64,000 nucleotides of DNA from the NCBI RefSeq assembly GCF_009914755.1, contig NC_060929.1; one strand, 5' to 3'. Of this stretch, positions 29,162 to 48,351 are shown piece after piece. This DNA comes from the human T2T-CHM13v2.0 reference genome, Homo sapiens. The notes under the pieces were generated by a model, which saw only the letters and a program-made list of their open reading frames with translations, was not told where the DNA came from and searched no databases. Made by a program: the position numbers and the translations under genes. Numbering within the stretch: the first letter of the stretch is position 1; every line of letters starts with the position of its first letter.

Positions 29162-30178
29162 GGCTTCTGTTCCAAGATGGCCAAATAGGAACAGCTCCGG
29201 TCTGCAGCTCCCAGCGTGATCGACGCAGAAGACAGGTGATTTCTGCATTTCCAACTGAGGTACCTGTTTCATCTCATTGGAACTGGTCAGAAAGTGGGTG
29301 CAGCCCATGGAAGGTGAGCCGAAGCAGGGTGGGGCATCACCTCACCAAGGAAGAGCAAGGGGTCGGGGGATTTCCCTTTCCTAGTTAAGGGAAGCTGTGA
29401 CAGACTGTACCGGGAAAATCGGGACACTGCCACCTAAATACTGCACTTTTCCAAAGGTCTTAGCAAATGGCACACCAGGAGATTATATTCCACGCCTGGC
29501 TCAGCAGGTCCCACACCCACAGAGTCTTGCTCACTGCTAATCCAAGATCAAACTGTGAGGCGGCAACCCTGGCTGGGGGAGGGGCATCTGCCATTGCTGA
29601 GGCTTGAGGAGGTAAACAAAGCAGCCGGGAAGCTCGAACTGGGTGGAGCCCACCGCAGCTCAACGAGGCCCACCTGCCTGTGTAGACTCCACCTCTGGGG
29701 GCAGGGCATAGCTGAACAAAAGGCAGCAGACAACTTCTGCAGACTTAAACGTCCCTGTCTGACAGCTCTGAAGAGAGCAGTGGTTCTCCCAGCATGGTGT
29801 TTGAGCTCTGAGAATGGATAGACTGCCCCCTCAAGTGGGTCCCTGACCCCTGTGTAGCCTAACTTGGAGACACCTCCCATTAGGGGTCAACTGACACCTC
29901 ATACAACCGGGTGCCCCTCTGAGATGAAGCTTCCAGAGGAAGGATCAGGCAGCAATATTTGCTGTTCTGCAGCCTCTGCTGGTGATACCCAGTCAAACAG
30001 GGTCTGGAGTGGACCTCCAGCGAACTCCAACAGACCTGCAGCAGAGGGACCTGACTGTTGGAAGGAAAACTAACAAACACAAAGGAATAGCATCAACATC
30101 AACAAAAAGGACATCCACACCAAAACCCCATCTGTAGGTCACCATCATCAAAGACCAAAGGTAGATAAAACCACAAAG

Positions 30179-31203
30179 ATGGGGAGAAACCAGAGCAGAA
30201 AAGCTGAAAGTTCTAAAAACCAGAGTGCCCCTTCTCCTCCAAAGGATTGCAGCTCCATGCTAGCAATGGAACAAAGCAAGATGGAGAATGACTTTGATGA
30301 GTTAACAGAAGAAGGCTTCAGAAAGTCAGTAATACCAAACTTCTCTGAGCTAAAGGAGGATGTTCGAACCCATAGCAAGGAAGCTAAAAACATTGAAAAA
30401 AAGATTAGACGAATGGCTAACTAGAATAAACAGTGTAGAGAAGACCTTAAATGACCTGATGGAGCTGAAAACCTTGGCACAAGAACTACGTGACACATGC
30501 ACAAGCTTCAGTAGCCGATTTGATCAAGTGGAAGAAAGGATATCAGTGATTGAAGATCAAATTAATGAAATGAAGCGTGAATAGAAGTTTAGAGAAAAAG
30601 GAGTAAAAAGAAATGAACAAAGCCTCCAAGAAATATGGGACTATGTGAAAAGACCAAATCTACATTTGATTGGTGTACCTGAAAGTGACGGGGAGAATGG
30701 AACCAAGCTGGAAAACACTCTGCAGGATATTATCCAGGAGAACTTCCCCAACCTAGCAAGGCAGGCCAACATTCAAATTCAGGAAATACAGAGAACACCA
30801 CAAACATACTCCTCAAGAAGAGCAGCTCCAAGACACATAATTGTCAGATTCACCAAGGTTGAAATGAAGGAAAAAATGCTAAGGGCAGCCAGAGAGAAAG
30901 GTTGGGTTGCCCACAAAGGGAAGCCCATCAGACTAACAGTGGGTCACTCGGCAGAAACCTTACAAGCCAGAAGAGAGAGGGGCCAGTATTCAACATTCTT
31001 AAAGAAAAGAATTTTCAACCCAGAATTTCATATGAGCCAAACTAAGCTTCATAAGTGAAGGAGAAATAAAATCCTTTACAGACAAGCAAATGCTGAGAGA
31101 TTTTGTCACCACCAGGCCTGCCTTACAAGAGTAACTGAAGGAGGCACTAAACATGGAGAGGAACAACCAGTACCAGCCACTGCAAAAACATGCCAAATTG
31201 TAA
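30179..31203 (+). pseudogene. L1 ORF1p, disrupted
   Basis: MGRNQSRK start; broken into ORFs 30179-30424, 30360-30584 and 30645-31058. Confidence 0.9.
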
Positions 31204-31266
31204 AGACCATCAAGGCTAGGAAGAAACTGCATCAACTAACAGGCAAAAAAACCAGCTAACATCATA

Positions 31267-35076
<3,810 letters not shown>

Positions 35077-36566
35077 ACAATGAGAACATTTGGACACAGG
35101 GTGGGGGACATCACACACTGGGGCCTGTCGTGGGGTGGGGGCATGGGGGAGGGATAGTATTAGGAGAAATACCTAATGTAAATGACGAGCTAATGGGTGC
35201 AGCAAACCAACACGGCACACGTATATGTATGTAACAAACCTGCACGTTGTGCACATGTACCCTAGAACTTAAAGTATAATAAAAAAAAAAAGAAAAAAAG
35301 AAAATAATATACCACCTTAATGATATTAAAAACAAAAACCACATGATTATTGTAATCAATGCAGAAAAAGCATTTGACATCCTTTCATGATAAAAACACT
35401 TAATAACTAAGAACTGAAGGAAACTACCTCAATATAATAAAAGCCATATATGAAAATCCCATAGCTAACATCATACTCAACTGTAAAAGACTGAAAGCTT
35501 TTCCTCTAAGATCAGGAACAAGGCAAGAATAACCACTCTTGCCACTACTATTCAACATATAACTGGAAGTTCTAGCCAAAGCAATCAGACAAAAAAAAAA
35601 AAAAATCCAACTTGGAAAAGAAGTAAAATTCCCTCTGTTAGCAGATGACATAATCTTAGGTGTAAAATATCCTGATGATTACACAGACATCTGTGTGCAC
35701 GCACACACACACACAAGCTGTTGCCACTACTAAACAGTTTCAGCAAAGTTGCAGTTTACAAAATCAACACACATAAATCAGTTGCATTTTTATCCACTAG
35801 CAATGAACAATCTGAAAAGGTAATTAAGAAAACAGTACTGTGTATTATAGCATCATAAACAATAAAATACTTAGAAATAAACTTGGCCAATGTGGAGAAA
35901 GACTTGTACACTGAAAAGGACAAAACATTGCCTAAAAAAAAAGGAAAAAAAGATACAAACGGAAAGACATCTCTTCTCATGGTTTGGAAGACTTAATATT
36001 AAATGTCCACACTGCCCAAGGGATCTACAGCTTCAATACAATCCCTATCAAAATCTCAGTGACATTTATTTGTAGAAATGGAACAAACCATCCTAAATTT
36101 TATATGCAATCTTAAGGGACCTTAAATAACCAAAACAGTCTTAAAGAAGAACAAAATTGCAGGACTCACACTTCCTGATTTCAAAAGATAACTACAAAGC
36201 AAGAATAAATAAGATGTGGGGTTGCTGAAGATAAACCAATAAAGATAGATACATAGACTAATAGAACAGAATAGAGAGCCCAGAAATAAGCCATTCCATA
36301 TTTGGTCAAATGATTTTTTACAAGAGTGCCAATACTGCACAACAGAAAATGGACATTCTCTTCAACAAATGTGTTTCCACATGCAAAAGTATGAAGTTGC
36401 ACCATTTCCTTACACCATATACAAAAGTTAAAATGAATTAAAGGCTTAAACTCTAGTAGTCCTAGAAAAAAACATAGGGGAAAAGCTTCAAGACATTGGA
36501 TTTGGCAATGATTTCTTGGATATGACACCAAAAGCCCAGGCAACGAGGTCAACAATAGACAAATAC

Positions 36567-36705
36567 GGCTGGGCATAGTGACTCACTATGTAATCCCAGC
36601 AGTTTTGGAGGCTGAGTCAGGAGCATCATTTCAGCTCAGGAGTTTGAGACCAGCCTACCAGCCTAGGCAACATGGTAAGACACCCATCTCTTAAAAAAAA
36701 AAAAA
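36567..36705 (+). mobile_element. FLAM monomer
   Basis: left monomer with a small ACCAGCCT duplication. Confidence 0.85.
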
Positions 36706-36870
36706 TTACATCAACTTAAAAACTTCTGTGTTCAAAGGGAATAATCAATAAAATGGGCAACTTATGGGATGGGAGAAAATAATTACAAATCATATATCTG
36801 ATAAGGGGTTAATATACATAATATATAAGGAACTTCTATAACTCAACAACATTATGACAATAACCAATTA

Positions 36871-37164
36871 GGCCAGGCGCAGTGCCTCACACCTGTAATC
36901 CCAGCACTTTGTGAGGCCAAGGCAGGAAGATTGCTGAAGACCAGCCTGGGCAACATAGAAAGACCCCGTCTCTACAAAAAAAAAAAAAAAAAAAAAATGT
37001 ATAAGTAGCAGGGCATGGTCATGTATGCCTACATTTCCAGCTCCTTCAGAGGCTGAGGTGGGAGGATTGCTTGAGTCCAGGCATTCAAGGCTGCAGTGAG
37101 CTATAATACCATGCACTCCAGCCTGGGCGATAGAATGAGACCTTGACTCTTAAAAAAGAAAAAA
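36871..37164 (+). mobile_element. AluJ
   Basis: dimer with an expanded middle A-run and a left-arm deletion. Confidence 0.88.
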
Positions 37165-38519
37165 ATCAAATAACCCAATTAAAAATGGGCAAAGAACTTG
37201 AATAGACATTTCTCCAAAGAATATTTAGAAGTGAAAATAAATACATGAAAATATGCTCAACATCAATCATTGGGGAAATGCAAATATAAACCATAATGAG
37301 GTACTACCCCACACCCATCTGGATGGCCACTATCAAAAGAACAGAAAATAACAAGTGTTGGGGAGGATGCAGAGAAGTTGGGACCCTGGTGTACTGTTGG
37401 TAGAAATGTAAAAATTACCATATGATCCAGCAATCCCACTTCTTGATATATATCCAAAGGAATTCAAAGCGGGATCTCTAAGAAACATTTGCACATCAAT
37501 ATTCATCACAGCATTATTCACAATAGCTAAGAGATGGAAGCAACCCAAATGTGTCCATGGACAGATAAATGAATAAATGAAATGTGGTATGTACATACAA
37601 TGGAATATTAGTCAGCCTTAAAATATAAGGAAATCCTGGAACATGTTACAACATGGATGAACCTTGAAGACATCATGCTAAGTGAAATAAGACAGTCACA
37701 AAAGGATAAATACTGTATGATTCCAGTCATTTTAAGTATCTAAAGTAGTCAAAATAATAGAAACATGAAGTTGAAAAGTGTTACCAGGGCCTGGGGGGTG
37801 GGGGTGGAAGGGGAATTAGTTTTGAGTGGATTTAGAGTTTCAGTGTTGCAAGATGAAAAAGTTCTAGAGATTTGTGGCACAACAACAATGTGAATGTACT
37901 TAGCACTAGTAAATATACACTTAACAATGGTTACGGCAATAAATTTAATGTTACGTGTTTTTTTGCCACAATTTTTTTAAAAAAAGAAAGTCAAACCTAA
38001 AGGCAGAACCTTATATTTATTACTATTGACTTTCACTTTGTAAGCTGGAGTTTATCATTCCCGTCTATTGATACCTTTCTAAATTCTTATTCTGCAAGTT
38101 GAGAAAGTTGCTATTCTAACTTTTTGCAATCCACAAATATGATATATATGCCTTCTATTTTTCATCTGGGTCACTAGAAAGTGCATTGAATTTTGTCCTT
38201 CATTCTATCCCTCGTTCATTCCAAAGGGATAAAGACACTCATAGGCCCTTCATTTTAACAAGAGCCTTACAGTAGATCTGATCTCATTATCTCTATGATG
38301 TAGACCCTGTTTGGATGGCAGATTCAAGTGGGATTTAGTTACATTTCAGAGGAAATCATAAGTTGACATTACTCTCAATGCCCTCTCTCCTGACACCCAC
38401 ATACCCATCTCTGCAGAGAAAGTCTACTTCTGTCTCCAGTTACTCCTTCTTCTGTATTCTTTTTCATTTAGTGTCCTTGTGAGCAGACACAGACTACCTA
38501 ATTGTCTCCTCCCGAACTG

Positions 38520-38645
38520 TCTTGGATTCCAGATCTACCCTTTAGCTAGTACTGGCTGTGTGAACTTAGGCAAGTTCTTGAATGTTTCTGTGCCTCATTT
38601 CCCCATATATGAAATAGGAATAGTAATAGTACCTAGTTGATAGGA
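38520..38645 (+). mobile_element. MIR
   Basis: GCTGTGTGAACTTAGGCAAGTT...GTGCCTCATTTCCCCAT. Confidence 0.75.
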
Positions 38646-38713
38646 TACTGGATGATAGTAATCATTCAACAAGTTACAAAAAAAAAAGGAAGAAAAATTC
38701 CCTTCATGATACA

Positions 38714-39016
<303 letters not shown>

Positions 39017-39109
39017 TCATGATACATTTTTACAGCTAGTACCACAGAGGAGAGAATAATAAAATGGAAAAAGCTACAGAAGCTAGAGAGAGAGAGAGAG
39101 CACGTAAGA

Positions 39110-39472
39110 CAGAAAGAATGACTGAGTCCAGGTCTTCTCTGAAAGAAAGACTTGAAATAAGAGAGATGTTCTCCTGTTGACCTTGAAGAAGCAAACAGCC
39201 ATCTTGTGAACCGCTTGTGGAAAGGGACAGTCTCTAGGAGCTGAGGGCCTTAGCTGTACAACTGCAAGGAAGTGAATTCTGCAAACAACCTGAATGAACT
39301 TGGAAGAGGACCTCAAACTCCAGATGAGAATGTGGCCCAGCCAATATCTTGACTGCAGCAGGTGGGACCTTGAGCAGTCTAGCCATGCCTAGACTTCTGA
39401 CCCACAGAAACTGTGAGATTATATGTGTGTGTTGATGCTAAATTTATAGTCATAGTAATAGAAAATGAATAC
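39110..39472 (+). mobile_element. MLT1F/G/H-like MaLR LTR fragment
   Basis: AATTCTGCAAACAACCTGAATGAACTTGGAAG...CCCACAGAAACTGTGAGAT. Confidence 0.7.
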
Positions 39473-39769
39473 GACTAGCCATGGTTCAGTATCTACTTCC
39501 ATTCCCTTTGACTCCTCTAAAACTACCCAACAGGGATAGTGCAGAGCCTAACTGAAAGCCTGAAACCCTGAACTTGGCTTTGTGCCTAGAACCACATTTC
39601 CAAAATCCCTCCTCCAGACCCCACTTTACTCCCTCAGATTAGACACCCTTGACTAACATAGACTCTGATAGATTTGTTAGCTAGAAGAGCACCTCCTTCC
39701 CTTCCATCAGACCTAACAGCATCCAGAATGCCATCTGGAAAGGGTGTGTTACAAGGAGGACCATTGCTG

Positions 39770-40240
39770 TCATGCAGAGTTTTATTCTGAGGATAACAGT
39801 GGGTGGCAGAAATGATCCGAATTATAGAAAGATTGATCTACTCTATGTAAATCAATTGGTGTGGCAGTGGCTGGAGTACAAAGCTTAGAGTTAGTGACAT
39901 TGTTAGAATACTGTTGTTAACAACCCAGTATAGAAATGATATTGGCTCCAGCTAAGGTACTGGTAATGAGAGTTGAGAGAAGGGGATCTCTTCCTAGGTA
40001 AGGCATACCTAGAAAGTGTCAGGCAAATAAAATTCAGATAGTGTTGAAGATGACTTAGGGGTGACTTCCAAGGTTGTGTCTGGAGTCGAGGTGGTGGTGC
40101 TAATTGAAATCAAGAATAATGAATTCTGTGTTGCTCTTGCTTAATTTGGAGCATTTAGAAATGCCCACCTGGCACTCAGGAGAAAGGAGTGGGATAGAGA
40201 GAAAGATTTGGAGGCCCTCAGTTTATTGTTGTCATGATGA
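39770..40240. mobile_element. L2 fragments
   Basis: GA-rich L2 3'-like motifs (GACTTCCAAGGTT, GATTTGGAGGCCCTCAG). Confidence 0.45.
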
Positions 40241-40431
40241 TAACTGGATATGAAAAGATAGTCCTCATCATGCCATTTCTGAACTTTGAACTTTCCCATT
40301 CCTTGTTATTTAAAATTAACAACTTATTTATTCTCATACTGTCATGTATGTTAGTTTCCTTTCAAGAACTATGGGAAACTCTTGATGGAAGAGTCTTTTA
40401 TATCCACTCTGGTGAATTAAGTATATAATAG

Positions 40432-40771
<340 letters not shown>

Positions 40772-41056
40772 TGCAGTGGAATTTTACATCTCACCTTCCT
40801 ACCCCATACACACACACAGAGAGAAAAGAGGTCATGGTGTCAGATATATAAGGGAAGTTTGTTTGTGTAGGGTCTCTTAGGCCACTGTAAGGGCAACTTT
40901 GGCTTTTACTCTACAAGAGAGAGTATAAAAAGTGATAAAGGCCCTGAAGAGGTGTGCAGGAGGAAGAGCTATGGCATTCATAGGAAGCCTCATGCTGACT
41001 TGCAGCATAATCAACTTTGAAAACAGAAGATGTGGTATGTATATATTAAAATACTC

Positions 41057-41384
<328 letters not shown>

Positions 41385-43852
41385 TCAACACTGGAGTTCA
41401 ATAGATATTTGTGGATCAATGAATAAATTATGCGTGCGCTGTTCAGATTGTGATATACTGTCAGACAAAACAGCAGCGTTCTATGTTAGCAATATTTCTA
41501 GGCATGAACGTACATTCGCCGGAAAACTGACAAAGCAGACTGTCAAGAGTGAATCCTAAATTGGCTGCTTGGCCCCATAGGAGGTTATAGAGGGGCTGCT
41601 CTTGGCTTTAGGAAAAAGTAGTTAAGATATCTTCTGACGGGCAAATCCTGGACAGCACTTCTTTAATGGACTGAGGTATTATCAGCACTGTTTGCCAGAG
41701 CATTTGCCAGTTCCTGCTGCCAGCAGTCACGCTTGCCTAATGTTTGCCAAAAATTCCATCTGCTGTCTATCCTCAGTTTCTTCACAAGTCAATGGCATGT
41801 TCATTATCTTTAGGAACAAAGGCAAGAACATGTCTACTTTAATTATCCTATTTATGGTTTTTAAATGAACTGGATTTAACTGGTTAAGTTTTTCAAGTAT
41901 TATTAATATTTATTGATATACCAGGCAACTGTATACATATGCTAGGGTATAGAACAGCAGCTTTTTTACCTAAATATTTGTGAAAACCTTCTTGTTACTG
42001 TGCTGAGAAAAGGTATACAGTTGTACATAATCTTTTCATTTTAAAGGAAACCTACCAATAAGCTAAAAGTTTTTATTTATAAAGCATTTATTATAAAATA
42101 TATTGCTAAAATAAATTTTATATATATAGGTAAAATATATAAAATAAATTGGTAAATGCCAACTTGTGTTGAAACGTTTAAAAAGAGGGAAGAATTCCAC
42201 TGGTTTGCTATAATAGGAAAAATCAAATGTTCATTTATTTGTAATTAACAGTCTCTGGGCATCTTTTATTTTGGTCAGCAACAAAAATCTACTAAATTTT
42301 CCCATCACCCTCAAAATCTAGATATAGAAGCCTTCTGTAACAGTAAAATATAATTTAGATATTTAATTCTAAACAGTTTTTAAAAGTCTATATTGTCTAG
42401 TTTGTTTTAAATTCTGCTAAATATAAAAGAGGGCACGCATTAGAATATTGATTTTTTAATTCATTGTCATCAGATAAAAATAGGATTCTTAGTGTTACTG
42501 AGTCTTAGAAAGTTTTTTGGTGTTTGTGGTGATACTATATATAAAAGCAAAGAACTGATAGCAATGTAAATAGGCAATAATACAAGAATAGTTAATTAAA
42601 GGAACCCAGTACAGTACTTTGTCTATTGTATACATTGTAAAAGTGATAACTAGGAAGGTAGGAAGGCAACATTAAAAAATGCTTATGATAAACATAAGTT
42701 AAATGGAAAAGATAATTTATTAAAATGTATATACTCTGACTGCCACCACAGAAAAGTTATGTGAAGACTGGAGTAATAGGTTATGGAAAGTTCTTCCCTC
42801 ATTATCAAAACTTTTTGTAACTCTTGTCTTTCTAGATTTTAAGGGAAAGAAGTGACCTTGAGTCAGCCATTTTCAAATATAATAGCAAATATTTGGCCAC
42901 CAGCAACTAGCGGAGAAGTCTGAAAGCAGGAATTGTGTATAATTCAAAACCAAATATGATTTCTGAAGTAGTTATTTTGAAAAGGATTGAAATATTTCAA
43001 TAAATATGTCTTTGAATATACTGTGCATGAAAGACAGTTATTTTTTATACTAAATGATTTCTCTTCATTTATCCAATATTCTTTATATGTTTAGTCTGTA
43101 AGTTAATATATCCATTCTGAAATTCAACTTGATCATCTTGAATGCTTGCACCAACACCTTCTGTGACACATAAGGTGACCTTTGGTTTCTTATGGTCTAA
43201 CTATAAGCCTGAGTGGGTTTTGCCATAAGTCACTGGAAAGTTGTTTTTCCCTTGACTTCCACTAGATTCTAGGTCCTATCTGACCCAATTGTTTATAGGA
43301 TAAATGTTGCTAAGGCAGTTTCTAAACTAAAAGAAATGTAATTTAGTTTGATTTAATTGTACTTCCCACAGCTTAATACTAAACTGTTTGATTCTAAGAA
43401 GACTCAGATTAGGAACCTGTGTGTTCGATGGGAACATGGCCCTACTCTATATCTAACACGGTGATCAGCATGTGTGCACAACCTTCACAAGTGTCTAGGG
43501 TATTTGGAGTCTATTTTCATTTTTTAAGTTGTTTATTTGATAATCCAATAATGAGAGAGACAGTGACAACCACTTCCTGAGGTATCATTTCTAAGACATT
43601 TTATGAGCTTTTCTAACTTTTGTAGATGATTTCTCAAATGTAATAAACTTCCCGTAGCAAAATATTTTTAAACAAATTTAGTGAAGTAATAAATGGGGAG
43701 TTCCTTAATATCAGAGAGTTAACTTTGTTTTTTGTTTCTTGCCAATACCAAATGTGGTATCTACTTATACAAAAGGATTAAGTAATATCGTTAATTAATA
43801 TTGTTAAATTGAATTATGTCTTTGATTGTCTCCTCAAATGTTTACTATCTAG

Positions 43853-44048
43853 ACTAGCACCATCCAATAGGACTTACTGAAATGATGGGTATGTTCTCTG
43901 TGCCATGCAGTGCAGTAGCTAATAGCTGCATGTGGCTATTGAATATTGAAATATAGCCGATGCAACTGAGGAACTGAATTTTTAATTATATTTCATGTTA
44001 ATGAGTTTGAATTTAAATAGCCTTACGTGGCAACTATATTGGAAGATA
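43853..44048 (+). mobile_element. MER3 (hAT-Charlie)
   Basis: CATGTGGCTATTGAATATTGAAAT...GAGGAACTGAATTTTTAATT. Confidence 0.8.
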
Positions 44049-44229
44049 AAGATCTAGAACTGCAAGATTTTATTTGTGTTGAAGAACAGCAGGATTCTCT
44101 CAAATGCTGAGCCTGATTAAACAAGTTCCCTGTACTCTTCCTCTTTTTTGAAACAAATTCTTGGGAGTTAGCTTGTTTTTTTTTTTTTTTTTTTTTTTCT
44201 ATATTTAAATTGGCCTATACCCAAATCTA

Positions 44230-44470
44230 CAAATATTTATTCATCATTAATTATGTGCTGTGCAGTCTGCTGGATGCTAGGGATACAAAAATAAGCAAAT
44301 AGGCCCTTTCCCACAAGCAATTTATACCCTAATAGGGAAGAAAGGTGAGTGCGTAAATAAATGCAATGGAGGCCACACAGGGCCCAGTGTGGCCACAGAG
44401 GAAGGAATCATTGGTGATTTCTGGGAGATCTCAGAGGGTGCCATGAACCATGAAAAATGAACAGGCATTT
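44230..44470. mobile_element. L2 3' fragment
   Basis: AAATATTTATT...GATGCTAGGGATACAAAAATAA. Confidence 0.6.
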
Positions 44471-44548
44471 CCCTTTTTTTTTCCTTTCCTAACTACTAGA
44501 CAACCAGGGAGAGCAGGAATCACTAGGTGAACAAATGAAGGAAGACAT

Positions 44549-45038
44549 TTGTTGTGGGTTGAACTATGCCCCCACCCACATTCACATTTGAAGTACTAAC
44601 CTCTAGTAACTCAAGATGGCTACCATATTTGGAAATAGGGTCATTGTAGATATACTTAGTTAAGATGAGGTCATACTGGAGTTAGGTTGGTCCCATATCC
44701 AATATGACTGGTGTCCTTATGAAAAGGGAAACTTTGGATACAAACACAGCCACACACACACACACACACACACAGACATACACACAGAGAGAGAGAGAGA
44801 GACAACACTATCTGAAGATTTGAAGATCTTGTGGATCCTGTCACAAGCCAAGGAACTACCAGAAGCTAGGAGTGAGGCCTGGAACAGATCCTTTCTTCGT
44901 GCCTTCAGAGGGAGTACTGCCCTGCTAATACCTTGCTCTCAGGCTTCTAGCCTCCAGAACTGTGAGATCATAAGTTTCTATTGTTTAAGCTGCTTAGTTT
45001 GTGGTACTTTATTACAGCAGCCATAGCAAATAATATAG
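44549..45038 (+). mobile_element. MLT1B/C solo LTR with internal (CA)n(GA)n
   Basis: TGTTGTGGGTTGAA...TTAAGATGAGGTCATACTGGAG...CCTCCAGAACTGTGAGA. Confidence 0.85.
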
Positions 45039-45179
45039 CATCCAGATTAAGGAAACAGTATTGTAAAAACAAGGCAAAAACAGCTATGGAAGTTATTTAT
45101 TAAAGTTCTGTTTTGTGATTACCTAACCCAGGAATTTTAGAAGGAAAAAATAAAGCAAGCATTAGCCTGAATGCGAAAA

Positions 45180-45491
<312 letters not shown>

Positions 45492-46199
45492 TGAAAATCT
45501 CTTTATAAATATTTTTCTACTCTTAAAAGTTAAGGCTATAATAATGTTTGGGGGTAAAATTACATTTCTGCCAAATATGTATCATGAATCAAAATATAAA
45601 TGTTTCCTGGTAATCATAAGCCAGTTAGAAGAAAGTTTTTGCTTACTAAGCTTGTCTCCCTACATAAAGTAGTTCAATCAATGAGTAATAAGACCCTTCA
45701 TTTCCCTACATGTTATATGAGGAAATGTAGGTATGAGAGGTACTACTCTATTTCTTATACATCACCTTTGGGGGAGAGGGGTCATGAGCAGAAACTGGGG
45801 TAGGAGTCACATACTGGGTGGCTGCAGCTAGAACTATGTTCATCTTGGTAGGCTGGTGCCCTAAGGTCCAACCTCATTCCTCCAGTTATTGCTGAGATGG
45901 GAAAGATTAGGCCGAGGGGCCAAGTTAGAGTCCAGAAGACACCAATAACATTGTAACTCCTGAAAGCCACATCCCTTGCAAAAGAATTGTCAGACCCCAC
46001 ACAGCCTTCTAGCCAGGATTCAGGAGTGAAAGAATAGGGGCCATCAATCTTTTCCTTTTGTGTGTAGCAGTAAGTGCCAACTGTTGATTGACTCATAGGA
46101 ATGAGTCAGGGACAATGAACTGTGGATGACATTTATTCATTTATGTAGTTTAAAAATCATTCTGCAACAAATGTAATAATGGTATGGCACCTCGGAGGA

Positions 46200-46800
46200 A
46201 CTAAATGCAGCCTAACAAGGCTAGAGCATAGCAAGCATGGCAAGTGAGGGTTTGAGGGATGCATATAACTGAAGAGGCTGGCAAGGGCAAAAGAGCAGGA
46301 GGTTTGATATAGGGATCATGAATAATTAAGGATCACCTTTGGACATTTTGAGTTTGAACATCTTATGAGACATTCAAGGGGAGATGACCAGGAGGCAGTT
46401 AGACATACTTAGGGCAGGGGTCTGGATTGAAGATACTGATTGGAAGATCTCAGTATAAATGTCAAAATTAAAGACAGATAAGTGTAGGTAAAATGAAAAG
46501 AGTGTCAACATTACGTAGGTAAGAGAGGGAGATAGCCCCCCAACACCCCCCCAAAGAAAAGGAAGAAAAAGAAAAGTGAGATACAAGAATTATGTAAGAG
46601 TGGTTTCTCTGACTTCATGAGAGGAGAAAATTTCAAAAAAAAAGAATAATTACCGTGTTAAATCCTGCAGTATGGCCGTGTCTGATAACATTTGAAAAAG
46701 AGCTATCAGAGTGGGAAATTGGGAGCTCATTTTGTATATTGTGAGAGCTGAAGTTCAACGGTAATGAGCGGTAAGTGAATGGGGTCCAATTCTAGAAAGA
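46200..46800. mobile_element. L2 fragment
   Basis: TTTGGACATTTTGAGTTTGAA...GAGATGACCAGGAGGCAGTTAGA. Confidence 0.6.
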
Positions 46801-46870
46801 TTGCAAACCAAGTCAAAGTTGAAAACCTCCTGTTACAAGCACTTAGAAATTCTATATAAAAAAAACTTTA

Positions 46871-47184
46871 AGCCAGGCGCGGTGGCTCACGCCTGTAATC
46901 CCAGCACTTTGGGAGGCCGAGGCGGGTGGATCACGAGGTCAGGAGTTAAAGATCAGCCTGGCCAAGATGGTGAAACCCCATCTCTACTAGAAATACAAAA
47001 ATTAACCGGGCGTGGTGGCGGGCGCCTGTAATCTCAGCTACTTGGGAGGCTGAGGTGGAGAATTGCTTGAATCCCGGAGGCAGAGGTGACAGCGAGCCGA
47101 GATTGTACCACTGCACTCCAGCCTGGGTGACCGAGTAAGACTCTGCCTTTTTAAAAAACAAACAAACAAACAACAACAACAAAA
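46871..47184 (+). mobile_element. AluSg/Sx
   Basis: TSD AAAAACTTTA; (AAAC)/(AAC) tail. Confidence 0.92.
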
Positions 47185-48067
47185 ACTTTAAAATGATAAG
47201 TACATAGTCGACCTCAAAAAAGGCAGTAGTAATCAACAGGTATCAGAAACAAAAGAATGAACAGAAAACCAGTAAGAAAATAATGCATGTACACTATTTG
47301 AGTAGATAATGGCTGGGAGTTTTCAAAACAAAAGTAAGACTCCAATATCCAGATTCAGGAAACCAACAAATTCCAGGGAGGATAGGTAAAAAGAAATCCA
47401 CAGCTGAACACATTATAGTGAAGCCGCAGAAAACTGAAAATGGAGATAAAAAATCTCAAAATCAGCTAGGAAAAAGTTACCTTCATAGGATCTATAGTTC
47501 AATATACAGCCGATGTGTCAACCAAAACAATGAAAGCTATGATGGTTGAACAATAGTTTCAGTGAGCTGTAAGAAAATTGTTGTCAATACAGGATCATAT
47601 AGTCAGTAGAAATAGCTTGAAGAAAGATTTTCAAACAAACAAAAATTTAAAAAGACTCACTATTAGGAGACCCAAAATAAAATTCTAAAAATGATTTTTT
47701 CAAACAGAAAGAAAATGATCCCAAATGAATAGTCAAAGATGAAGAAAGGAATGAGGAACACAAATCTTACAGAAATGAGGACAGAAAAAGGAATCTGGTA
47801 TGGGTAGCCAGACACCATGGCTTTCCATGGTGGTGAGTAATTGTAGGATCCTGAGAATGACAAGTGGGGGATTCCAACAGCCTCACGAGGCGTGAGATGT
47901 GGCCCTAGCCATGGGATTCGAGGGAACTAGAACCATACCCTGGTAGAAAGCCTGGTGCTTCAAAATGCTTGTCTTCCTGGACTAGAAAAACTTGGCCCAC
48001 AGGACCAGAGAAACTAAGAAGAAATATTTCTGTCTTGAGTATTAAGTGGAATAAAAAAATCACACAA

Positions 48068-48351
48068 GGCTAGGTGTGGTGGCTCACACCTGTAATCCCA
48101 GCACTTTGAGAGGCCTGAGGTCAGGAGTTTGAGACAGCCTGACCAACATGGTGAAACCCCCGTCTCTACCAAAAATACAAAAAGTAGCTGGCCTGGTGGT
48201 GCACGCCTGTATTATCAGCTACTTGGGAGGCTGAGGCAGGAGAATCACTTGAACCCAGGAGGCAGAGGTTGCAGTGAGCCGAGGCAGAGGTTGCAGTGGA
48301 GAGGTTGTACTCCAGCCTGGGTGACAGAGCAAGACTCCGTCTCAAAAAAAA
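48068..48351 (+). mobile_element. AluS with a left-arm deletion and a right-arm duplication
   Basis: GAGGCAGAGGTTGCAGTG occurs twice; TSD AAAAAAATCACA. Confidence 0.9.

Noticed and set aside
29460-29594. L1 ORF0 (MADAPPPAR...)
   Set aside because: The start is present but the frame departs from ORF0 after ~9 codons (frameshift).
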